Shown one piece after another: positions 37,424-44,716 of a stretch of 64,000 nucleotides of DNA. The DNA is from Anaerolineales bacterium (GTDB lineage Bacteria > Chloroflexota > Anaerolineae > Anaerolineales > UBA11579). The stretch is taken from NCBI GenBank assembly GCA_016932165.1, contig JAFGDK010000009.1, positions 5,437-69,436 on the forward strand, read 5' to 3'. The notes beneath the pieces were generated by a model. It did not search any database. It had not been told where the DNA came from and saw only the letters and a program-made list of their open reading frames with translations. Every line of letters starts with the position of its first letter. Within the stretch, counting starts at the first letter, position 1. Position numbers and translations under genes: made by a program.

Positions 37424-39130
37424 ATGATGACCGAAGACATAAAAATCGAGGAAAACAAAGCCCCAGATTTTATCCTGAAGCGCAAATCGACTTACATCTG
37501 GGCGGTGCTGGCGCTGGGATGGCTGTTTGACTATATGTTCTGGGACAAGGTTCCCGGGATCTCGATATTCATTTATCTCACCGCGATCACCGTGGGGGGA
37601 TTCCTGCTGGCCCGCCACCAGGGTATCCAGCCTGCGAAAAGCATCTATTGGCTGCTGATCCCGCTGGTTTTCTTCACCGTGATGACTGTCGTCCGGGCGG
37701 AACCAATGACCATCTTCCTCAATGTGGTGGCGTCAGTGACTATTCTGGGGATCATTGCCAGGTCATTCCAGGGAGGAAAGTATTGGCAGTACAGCTTTGC
37801 GGACTATATCAAAGGCGGGTTCATGCTTGGGTTCGAGTCCCTTTTCCGCCAGATCGCCGTATTCAGCAGCCAGCCCAAACAGGAGAATGCGGGGGGGGCG
37901 CCCAGAGAGGGATTGCGTAGGTCGTTGGCTGTGGTGCGCGGCCTGTTGATTGCCCTGCCGATCGTGCTGATCTTCGCCGCCATGCTGGCGGAGGCGGACC
38001 CGATCTTCGGCGATGCTTTCGAGAATTTCCTGGATATCTTCAATATTGAAAACCTGGGCGAGTACATCGTCCGGGGGATTCTGATCTGGATTATTGCCTA
38101 TCTGTTGCTGGGGGTCTTGATGCATGCCTTCTACAAGGATCACGATGCCGAGTTGGATACCGAAAAACGCTGGCTGCCGCGCTTTTTAGGGATCACTGAG
38201 ACGATCATCGTCCTTGCCAGCGTTAATTTGCTCTTCCTGGCGTTTGTCAGCATCCAGTTCCAGTATTTCTTCGGCGGGGAGACGATGATCAGCATCAATG
38301 GATACACCTACGCTGAATACGCCCGCCGCGGCTTTGGCGAACTGGTCGCGGTGGCGGTCTTCAGCCTGCTGCTGTTCGTTGGGCTGTCCTTCATTGCTAA
38401 ACGGGAGCAAGCCGGTCACCAGAAACTGTTCTCGATCATGGGTCTGGTGTTGTTCGCCCTGGTGAGCGTGATCCTGGTCTCTTCTTTTCAGCGGTTGCTG
38501 CTGTACGAATCGGCGTACGGCTTTACCCGCCTGCGGACCTACACCCATGTGTTTATCTTCTGGCTGGGGGCGTTGCTGCTGGCGGTCAGTTTGCTGGAGT
38601 TGTTCGGAAAGCAGCGGTTTTTTGCCCTGGCGGCTCTGATCGCCGGGATGGGTTTTATTGTCACCCTGGATGTGATCAATGTGGACGGGTTTATCGTCCG
38701 CCGGAATATCGCCCGGATGGCAGAGGGCAGTGGCCTCAACGAGACCTACGACGAGCGCAGCTACTCAACTGTAGTGGATATCGCCTATCTTGCCTCTCTC
38801 TCAGAGGACGCTGTCCCGGCGCTTTCTAAGCTGTATGAAACCAGCCAGACCGCGCAGGAAAAAGAGGTGATTGCCGGTTCGATCGCCTGTCTTGCCGCCT
38901 TCCATGAGAATTACGATTATCCAGATCATCCCCGCAGCAACTACACCTGGCAGAGCTTCCATTTCTCCCGCCTGAGGGCACACAACGATTGGAAGGCTAA
39001 GATGGCCTCCCCGGAGGCAGATGTATTCCAGGCCTTCAATGATGATGTCGATGACCATTTTTGGACCACATATGTGATCGTGGATGGTGAGGAAATCCCT
39101 TGCAGTGGCGGCAGTTATGGTTGGGACTGA
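37424..39130 (+). CDS. large polytopic membrane protein (DUF4173/DUF4153-like), function unknown
   Basis: Many TM helices followed by a soluble C-terminal domain. The ATG at 37424 is preceded by AAGGAG; the track's GTG at 37343 is less likely. Confidence 0.6.
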   Translation: MMTEDIKIEENKAPDFILKRKSTYIWAVLALGWLFDYMFWDKVPGISIFIYLTAITVGGFLLARHQGIQPAKSIYWLLIPLVFFTVMTVVRAEPMTIFLNVVASVTILGIIARSFQGGKYWQYSFADYIKGGFMLGFESLFRQIAVFSSQPKQENAGGAPREGLRRSLAVVRGLLIALPIVLIFAAMLAEADPIFGDAFENFLDIFNIENLGEYIVRGILIWIIAYLLLGVLMHAFYKDHDAELDTEKRWLPRFLGITETIIVLASVNLLFLAFVSIQFQYFFGGETMISINGYTYAEYARRGFGELVAVAVFSLLLFVGLSFIAKREQAGHQKLFSIMGLVLFALVSVILVSSFQRLLLYESAYGFTRLRTYTHVFIFWLGALLLAVSLLELFGKQRFFALAALIAGMGFIVTLDVINVDGFIVRRNIARMAEGSGLNETYDERSYSTVVDIAYLASLSEDAVPALSKLYETSQTAQEKEVIAGSIACLAAFHENYDYPDHPRSNYTWQSFHFSRLRAHNDWKAKMASPEADVFQAFNDDVDDHFWTTYVIVDGEEIPCSGGSYGWD

Positions 39131-39229
39131 TTCAATCGGCCATAAGGCTAAGTGAATTTAAGGGTTTGAAAAATCACGTTTCTCGTTTTTTCAAACTCTC
39201 CGATTTCAAGATCAGAGGGAGATATTGAA

Positions 39230-39272
39230 CAAAAAGGCTGCCCAAAAGTCGATGGGGCAGCCTATACTTTTT
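39230..39272. terminator. bidirectional terminator between convergent genes
   Basis: AAAAA-AGGCTGCCC-loop-GGGCAGCCT-ATACTTTTT. A-run and T-run flank a 9-bp GC stem. Confidence 0.6.
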
Positions 39273-39286
39273 GGTAATCGGGCAGT

Positions 39287-39670
39287 TTAGGAAAACTTAG
39301 TCGGATCGATGATCGCAGCCTCGTGGATCAAATCCTCGAGGGCCTGCCAGGGAACATCTTGATAGCGGGTGAGGGTCAGGATGCGCTTGGCCTTTTGTTT
39401 CCCTTTAAGCAGATTCACGGGGTCGGGCATGAAGGCGCCGAAAATAAACCCGATCTCCACCCGTTCTGCGGCTGGCATCAGATGGCAGATCATGCCCTTG
39501 AGCGGGGTGGAATTTTCTTGCTTGAAGTAAGCCAATCCACCCATTTTGGGGCGCTCCCAGACATTGGGCACGGTGCTGAAGACACTCTCCCGGACGCCGC
39601 AGCAGATATCCTGGATTTCACTGGGGTATAGGTGCAATATGTGTTTGACTTCACGGTTGGATAACCGCAT
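39287..39670 (-). CDS. small conserved protein, DUF1801/YdhG-like
   Basis: 127 aa. Only weak family recognition from sequence pattern. Confidence 0.45.
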   Translation of the reverse strand: MRLSNREVKHILHLYPSEIQDICCGVRESVFSTVPNVWERPKMGGLAYFKQENSTPLKGMICHLMPAAERVEIGFIFGAFMPDPVNLLKGKQKAKRILTLTRYQDVPWQALEDLIHEAAIIDPTKFS

Positions 39671-39682
39671 GACAACCTCGGT

Positions 39683-40000
39683 TCACGGCTCCCGCACCAG
39701 GGCTGCCCGGAAGAGATGCAGTTCAGCGCTAAACAGGCTGTGTTTGATGAAAGGATCTGCCCGCATGAAGCTGCGAGCTTCCTTCTGACTGCCGGCTTCA
39801 AAGACCACCACAGCAGGGCCGATCCCGTCCAGCGAACGGCCGGCAAAGATGAGGATGCTATCCTCCAGGGCTTGTTTCAGATAATTAAAATGGTCAGCGG
39901 CGATCTGGTTATCGGCTTTGGTCCAGGCGTCTGGGTTCCTGGCCAGGTCCGGCCTGTCTGCGGGCAGAAACTGATAGAGGTAATGCTGCTTTTCGGGCAT
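39683..40000 (-). CDS. YciI-family protein
   Basis: 105 aa with a YCII-like pattern (...ADHFNYL...ILIFAGRS...VVVFEA.S..EA..F...DPF). Start overlaps the upstream stop (TAATG). Confidence 0.7.
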   Translation of the reverse strand: MPEKQHYLYQFLPADRPDLARNPDAWTKADNQIAADHFNYLKQALEDSILIFAGRSLDGIGPAVVVFEAGSQKEARSFMRADPFIKHSLFSAELHLFRAALVREP

Positions 40001-40485
40001 TAGACCACCTTGTCATCCGTGCCGGCTAGCTGGCGCAGATACTCGGTCTGACCGGCGTGGTAGGTATCGTGCCAGCCGAAGAATTCGATCCGCTGGGCGA
40101 GTGTGGCCGTGTTTGAACCGAGCTTGACATCTCTTTCCAGATCATCGGGGGCCAGGGCTTTGACCGCCTCGACCAACATTGCGGCAGATTTTTCCAGCAT
40201 GGCCAGTAGTTCATCCAGTTGGATCAGTTTGGGGCCATCTTCAAGCACAGGGTCTGCACCGAAGTCGTAGCGCTGGAATTGCTCCTTAGTCAGCAAAGGC
40301 TTGAGGTCGAGCATCTCCATCACTTTCTCACGGTGAACCAGCATGTGACCAAGGATGAAGTTGAGGCAGTTGCCGCGCGGCTCAGGTTGCAGCAGGCTGT
40401 CGGCATGGGTCAGGCCTTTGGTTTGTTCACCAATCACCCATTGGTTGCGGGAAAAAACATTGGCTAATACTTCAGGGTCGTGCAT
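40000..40485 (-). CDS. DinB-family protein (four-helix metal-binding bundle)
   Basis: His triad context (ILGHMLVH ... WHDTYHAGQ). 161 aa. Confidence 0.75.
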   Translation of the reverse strand: MHDPEVLANVFSRNQWVIGEQTKGLTHADSLLQPEPRGNCLNFILGHMLVHREKVMEMLDLKPLLTKEQFQRYDFGADPVLEDGPKLIQLDELLAMLEKSAAMLVEAVKALAPDDLERDVKLGSNTATLAQRIEFFGWHDTYHAGQTEYLRQLAGTDDKVV

Positions 40486-40557
40486 ACTAACCTCGTTGTT
40501 CGTTCGTGGTTTGATCGCCTGATGGTTGGATCGGCTGGACCTATTTTATCAGCAGGA

Positions 40558-41031
40558 TTATTCAGAGGCGGCCATTTCCTTCAAAGTTGTCAAGATTTCT
40601 TCATTCTTGGGGATATCTGCCATGTTGTGACCGTAATGCACAAAGCGGACAATGCCTTGTTTGTCGATCACCGCCATTGCGGGCATGCGTCCCAGTTTGA
40701 AGATGTTGACCTCCTGGCCGTAAAGTTTGAGCACGCTGGATTTGGGATCTGGCAGGCCGGTAAAGGGCAGATCTTGTTCTGTGAAGTACTTTGCAAAAGC
40801 ACATTCATCCTCTGGTCCAACGACAATGATCTCGATCTCCTGTTGGACAAATTTTTGGTAGTCCTGGCGCAACTGCGCCATGTGCGCGCGGCAGAATGGT
40901 CACATGAAGCCGCGGTTGAAGACCAGCAGCACGTTTTTACGGTTTTGATAGCTGCTGAGTGTCACCGGTTGTCCGGTGTAATCCGGCAAGGTGAAATCCG
41001 GTGCAGGTGTGTTGATCGATACTTTTGGCAT
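40558..41031 (-). CDS. peroxiredoxin/redoxin (AhpC/TSA-like) with in-frame TGA at the first redox Cys position (U-P-F-C): probable selenoprotein, alternatively a nonsense pseudogene
   Basis: Hand translation from ATG 41031 (AGGAG 5 nt upstream) gives MPKVSINTPAPDFTLPDYTGQPVTLSSYQNRKNVLLVFNRGFM-[TGA 40902..40900]-PFCRAHMAQLRQDY... This continues in frame into track ORF 40558..40881. The whole matches the redoxin pattern APDF.L.D..G..V.LS.Y....VLLVF.RG.WCPFC... Confidence 0.65.
40865..40880 (-). promoter_or_regulatory. candidate bacterial SECIS hairpin apex
   Basis: The mRNA UGGCGC-AGUU-GCGCCA forms a 6-bp GC-rich stem with GU in the loop, at +23 to +38 from the UGA. An alternative hairpin (CUGC(C)GC...GCGCAG) starts at +9. 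Confidence 0.35.
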
Positions 41032-41103
41032 ATTATCTCCTAAAAAATTCTTGGCCGGATCAATAATTCTGCCGGCATACCCTGGATGTATGTTAATTAA
41101 ATC

Positions 41104-41132
41104 ACAAACGGCCCAGTTTTGGGGCCGTTTGT
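41104..41132. terminator. hairpin terminator between the small hydrophobic gene and the peroxiredoxin-like gene
   Basis: ACAAACGGCCC-loop-GGGCCGTTTGT. The T-run is strong on the plus strand and weak on the minus strand (GATTTAATT). Confidence 0.45.
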
Positions 41133-41162
41133 TTTTCTGAGTGGGTTGGTCAGCCGGATGTG

Positions 41163-41333
41163 TCAGAAGATGGCGATCAGGATGCCGATGGGGAGCAGGA
41201 TCAGGCCGATGATCAGGGCGACGACCACGATCCCAATAATCCCACCCACCAGGCCGAGTACAGCTCCGACAATCCCGACGACCAGACCGATGATCCCGGT
41301 GATCAGCCCGACAATTGCTTTGATTAAGCCCAT
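41163..41333 (-). CDS. 56-aa Gly/Ile/Val-rich hydrophobic mini-protein
   Basis: MGLIKAIVGLITGIIGLVVGIVGAVLGLVGGIIGIVVVALIIGLILLPIGILIAIF. GGAGG lies 6 nt upstream of this ATG. The longer 89-aa track ORF lacks an SD. Confidence 0.5.
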   Translation of the reverse strand: MGLIKAIVGLITGIIGLVVGIVGAVLGLVGGIIGIVVVALIIGLILLPIGILIAIF

Positions 41334-41497
41334 GATATACCTCCGTTTACAAAAAATCTCTGTGTAAGGTTTTTTGGGGCAAACCTCACATTTTTGGCGT
41401 GTTTCTATATGCATATACGGAGAAGGCGGCAAAAGGTTGCATAACCAAAATGGAGATTTATTTTTATATCAAGATCTTGAAACCACGGTACGATTGG

Positions 41498-41535
41498 GAA
41501 AAGAAAAACACCCCGAAGCTGATCGCATGGGGTGT
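41498..41535 (-). terminator. rho-independent terminator downstream of metG
   Basis: On the minus strand: ACACCCC-loop-GGGGTGT followed by TTTTTCTTTT. Confidence 0.65.
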
Positions 41536-41560
41536 TGGCGATTGATTGAAGGTTTATGGT

Positions 41561-43351
41561 TTATCCCAGCCGGGCGCGTTCCTCCTCGGCCACTTTGGGA
41601 TCGAGCTTCTGGTACAACGGGTGGGGTTGGAGGAATGGTTTTCCGGCTTCCAGTTTGACAGGTTGCCAGCGCCCGGAGGCATCGGCGGGTTTGTAGTGCA
41701 AAGTGATATGCTCGCCCTGTGCATCGGTCACTGGCTGGGTGAACTGTTCGCCGAACAGCGGCTGGCGATAGCCAAGATAGGTATGCAGCTGCTCGCTGGA
41801 GAAAGGCAGGAAGGGGGCAAAAAGTGTTTTGAGGTGGTCGATGGCCTGCAAGGCAGTATAGACGATCGTAGCGGCGCGCTGTTTATCCGTCTTAACCGCA
41901 GACCAAGGGGCGGCCTCATCCAAATATTTATTGACCTCCGAGGCCAGTTCCATTACCGCCAGTAAAGCGGCGCGCAGCCTGACCTTGTCGAGCAAATCGC
42001 CGACAGTCTCGAATCCTCTTTCTACACGATCCACAAGAGCCTGGTCTTCAGCGGTGAGTTCCCCAGGGGTGGGGATGTGACCCTCCCAGTGTTTGTGGGC
42101 AAAGGAAAGCACCCGGTTGGCGAGGTTGCCCCAGGTGGCGACCAACTGGGAGTTATTGCGGGTGACGAAATCGTCCCAGTCCCAGTTGGCGTCTTTGGTT
42201 TCAGGCATGTTGATCGTCAGGTAGAAGCGCAGGGCATCTGGTTGGTAGCGGGAGAGAAAATCCAGCCCCCACACCGCCCAGCCGCGGCTGCCAGAGAGCT
42301 TCTGGTCTTGCATATTTAGAAATTCGTTGGCAGGGACATCGTAGGGCAGGGTCAGTTGGGTGTTTTCTTTTTCTTCAAAGATTTTGCCAAACCATTCACC
42401 AGCCCCGGCCAACTGTGCCGGCCACATCACGGCGTGGAAGGGGATGTTGTCTTTCCCGATGAAGTAGTAAGCCTGGGCATCGGGGTTGTACCACCAATTG
42501 TGCCAGGCATCTTTATCGCCATTGAGCTGGGCCCACTCGATGGCCGCAGAGAGATACCCGATCACAGCCTCAAACCACACGTACAGGCACTTGCCTTTCC
42601 AGCCTTCCACCGGCACAGGGATGCCCCAGTCCAGGTCTCGGGTGATGGCGCGCCCGCGCAGAGGATTAGCCTTGATCTGCCCGAGGGATTGGCGCAGCAC
42701 ATTGGGGCGGATGCGTTCTTCACGCGCTTCCAGGAATTCAATGATCCCGGGTTCCAGCTTGGACAGGTCCAGGTAGAAGTGTTCGGTTTCTTTCAATACC
42801 GGGGTCGAGCCGTCGTTCTTTGAGCGCGGTTCGATCAACAAGTTGGCCTCAAGCAGATTGCCGCAGTTGTCGCACTGGTCGCCGCGGGCCTGGTCGTAGC
42901 CGCACAGGTAGCAGGTGCCTTCCACATACCTGTCGGGCAGGAAGCGCCCCTCACTCTCTGAGTACCAGTGACTCTGGGTCTCTGTGTAGAGGTATCCGTT
43001 CTCTTTAAGGGCCAGGAAAATGCTCTGGGCCACCTTGGTGTGGTTCTCGGTGTGGGTGGAGGTGAACAGGTCGTAATGCAGGCCGAGTTTCTGAAAGAGA
43101 TCCAGAAAACCAGCATGGTAGCGTTGGTATACTTCCTCTGGTGAAATCCCTTCGGCATCAGACTTGACGGTGATTGGCGTGCCGTGGGCATCGGAGCCAG
43201 AGACCATCAGCACATGATTGCCCTTCAACCGGTGGTAACGGGCAAAGATATCGGCTGGCAAATATGAACCGGTGATGTTACCGACATGGATCTCAGAGCT
43301 GGCATACGGCCAGGCGACTGCCACCAGGATGTGTTTGGGATCATTTGTCAT
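41561..43351 (-). CDS. metG: methionine--tRNA ligase
   Basis: HIGH-type motif (SSEIHVGNITG), zinc knuckle (CYLCG...CDNCG), KMSKS-type motif (KLSGSRG) and anticodon-binding domain. GAGGAG lies 8 nt upstream. Confidence 0.95.
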   Translation of the reverse strand: MTNDPKHILVAVAWPYASSEIHVGNITGSYLPADIFARYHRLKGNHVLMVSGSDAHGTPITVKSDAEGISPEEVYQRYHAGFLDLFQKLGLHYDLFTSTHTENHTKVAQSIFLALKENGYLYTETQSHWYSESEGRFLPDRYVEGTCYLCGYDQARGDQCDNCGNLLEANLLIEPRSKNDGSTPVLKETEHFYLDLSKLEPGIIEFLEAREERIRPNVLRQSLGQIKANPLRGRAITRDLDWGIPVPVEGWKGKCLYVWFEAVIGYLSAAIEWAQLNGDKDAWHNWWYNPDAQAYYFIGKDNIPFHAVMWPAQLAGAGEWFGKIFEEKENTQLTLPYDVPANEFLNMQDQKLSGSRGWAVWGLDFLSRYQPDALRFYLTINMPETKDANWDWDDFVTRNNSQLVATWGNLANRVLSFAHKHWEGHIPTPGELTAEDQALVDRVERGFETVGDLLDKVRLRAALLAVMELASEVNKYLDEAAPWSAVKTDKQRAATIVYTALQAIDHLKTLFAPFLPFSSEQLHTYLGYRQPLFGEQFTQPVTDAQGEHITLHYKPADASGRWQPVKLEAGKPFLQPHPLYQKLDPKVAEEERARLG

Positions 43352-43430
43352 TGTCTTGTCTCCTCAGAATGATTGCGATGTATTTTAGTTGTTTAGGCCA
43401 GTTTCGTCTATAAATGAGATTGGTATATCT

Positions 43431-43458
43431 AAAATAAAAAACTGCCCGTTTGGGCAGC
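43431..43458 (-). terminator. candidate attenuator terminator in the metG leader
   Basis: On the minus strand: (G)CTGCCC-AAAC-GGGCAG followed by TTTTTTATTTT. It lies about 80 nt upstream of the metG ATG and 24 nt after the leader ORF stop. Confidence 0.55.
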
Positions 43459-43481
43459 TTCTAAATACCGGCAGGAGTGAT

Positions 43482-43598
43482 CTACCGGATACGGGCTGCC
43501 CGGGTGTGGGTTTGCATTTCCATCTCCATCATCATCATGGAGAAGATCAGCATCATGGCAGTCGCCTCAATATCGATCAGGTATAACGCTGTTTCCAT
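43482..43598 (-). CDS. candidate Met-rich leader peptide (38 codons) upstream of metG
   Basis: METALYLIDIEATAMMLIFSMMMMEMEMQTHTRAARIR has 8 internal ATG codons, including 4 consecutive. It sits between a promoter-like element and the attenuator hairpin. Confidence 0.5.
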   Translation of the reverse strand: METALYLIDIEATAMMLIFSMMMMEMEMQTHTRAARIR

Positions 43599-43604
43599 GT
43601 AGAT

Positions 43605-43633
43605 AGTTTACGGTTAAGTGATGTCCCTGTCAA
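43605..43633 (-). promoter_or_regulatory. sigma70-like promoter for the metG leader
   Basis: On the minus strand: TTGACA - 17 nt - TAAACT. The leader ATG begins 6 nt after the -10, so the leader mRNA would be leaderless or nearly so. Confidence 0.4.
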
Positions 43634-43674
43634 GCTGGCGGGGTATAATTCAGGGCATTGGAGAATAAAAAAAC

Positions 43675-44712
43675 ATGCCAACATCACATCGCATATTCAA
43701 CCGGCGGGATTTCATAAAATTAGCCGCTTTATCCCTCGCCGGACTCGGCCTTGAGCCGCTGATGACTGCCTGCCGCCGGCCGGATGAGATGCCTCTCCCC
43801 ACACCGACTCCCAAACCGGTGAGTACGATCGTCCCAACGCACACCAACACCCCGGAACCGGAAGCCGTTAGCCCGACAGCCACCTCCGCGCCTACCGAGA
43901 CCCCAGCCCCGGCCCTGAGCGCGCGCCAGCAGCAACGGTTGGCATTGATCGACCGCTACGGGGTGGCGAGCAAAGCCCTTCCGCTGGAATTCCATGGCGA
44001 CCATTATTGGTTTTATGACGGCGCTTACTCGATGGATCCGCCGACCTTTGTCTGGATGATGGAATGGTTCCAAAAAAATGATGTCTGGGCGGTCAGCGCT
44101 GATGAGTTAATTGGCTACCTGGACGGCACGCTCCAGCTTCCCGCCCGCAGCGTGATCCTGACCACTGATTCGGGCGCGGCGTCGATGGATTCGATCGACC
44201 GGATGGTGCCGGTACTCCAGGATACCGGGATGCATTTCATCAGCCTGATCTGGACGATGCAGATGGAAGCCCACGAAACAGCCGCCTGCCCGGATAACCT
44301 GTGCTGGGACAAGTTTAATTGGGCGATGGAGTCGGGGACTTTCTCAATTGGTACGCACAGCGAATATCACCTGCCGCTGGCGGATCATGACCAGGATTTT
44401 GGCTTCCGGGACCTCTCCCAATCAGTGAGCGAGATCAAGGCCAATATGGGGGTAGATGCCCAGGTCCTCTCCTGGCCGAACGAGTCCTGCCCAATGTGGA
44501 TGGATACGCTGCTGCCCACCTTGGGGATCAAAGCAGCGTTTGGCGGGCGCTCCCGTCCGCTGGGAGATTGTGCGGTATACCCGAATGACAATCTGCGATA
44601 CTGCCTGCCGCGTTTGTTCCCCCCTAACCGGCAGGACCGCCTCTCCGGCCGCCCGCCAGGGATGACTCTGGAAGAGATGGCTGTCCTTTACATGGATGGC
44701 TTTGAGGGATAG
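43675..44712 (+). CDS. polysaccharide deacetylase-family (NodB-like) protein with Tat signal and lipobox
   Basis: RRDFIKLAALSLAGLGLEPLMTAC (twin-Arg plus Cys), a Pro/Thr-rich linker, and NodB-like motifs (ILTTDSG; GTHSEYH). Confidence 0.7.
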   Translation: MPTSHRIFNRRDFIKLAALSLAGLGLEPLMTACRRPDEMPLPTPTPKPVSTIVPTHTNTPEPEAVSPTATSAPTETPAPALSARQQQRLALIDRYGVASKALPLEFHGDHYWFYDGAYSMDPPTFVWMMEWFQKNDVWAVSADELIGYLDGTLQLPARSVILTTDSGAASMDSIDRMVPVLQDTGMHFISLIWTMQMEAHETAACPDNLCWDKFNWAMESGTFSIGTHSEYHLPLADHDQDFGFRDLSQSVSEIKANMGVDAQVLSWPNESCPMWMDTLLPTLGIKAAFGGRSRPLGDCAVYPNDNLRYCLPRLFPPNRQDRLSGRPPGMTLEEMAVLYMDGFEG

Positions 44713-44716
44713 AGAA

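Noticed and set aside
37818-37836. tRNA T-arm-like string GGTTCGAGTCCC
   Set aside because: It lies inside the DUF4173-like CDS. Only 3 bp of T-stem could form, and no acceptor, D or anticodon arms could be built around it.
43389-43586. 65-aa plus-strand ORF with a His run (HFHLHHHHGEDQHH)
   Set aside because: The His run is simply the reverse complement (CAT repeats) of the ATG run in the minus-strand leader ORF. It has no SD, and it lies in the metG upstream region where the minus-strand reading has promoter and terminator context.
43352-43640. T-box or SAM riboswitch upstream of metG
   Set aside because: The leader is short. I could not find the T-box consensus (…GGUGGUACCGCG…), a specifier-loop layout, or SAM-I/SAM-II conserved cores. 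The leader-peptide model explains the hairpins better.
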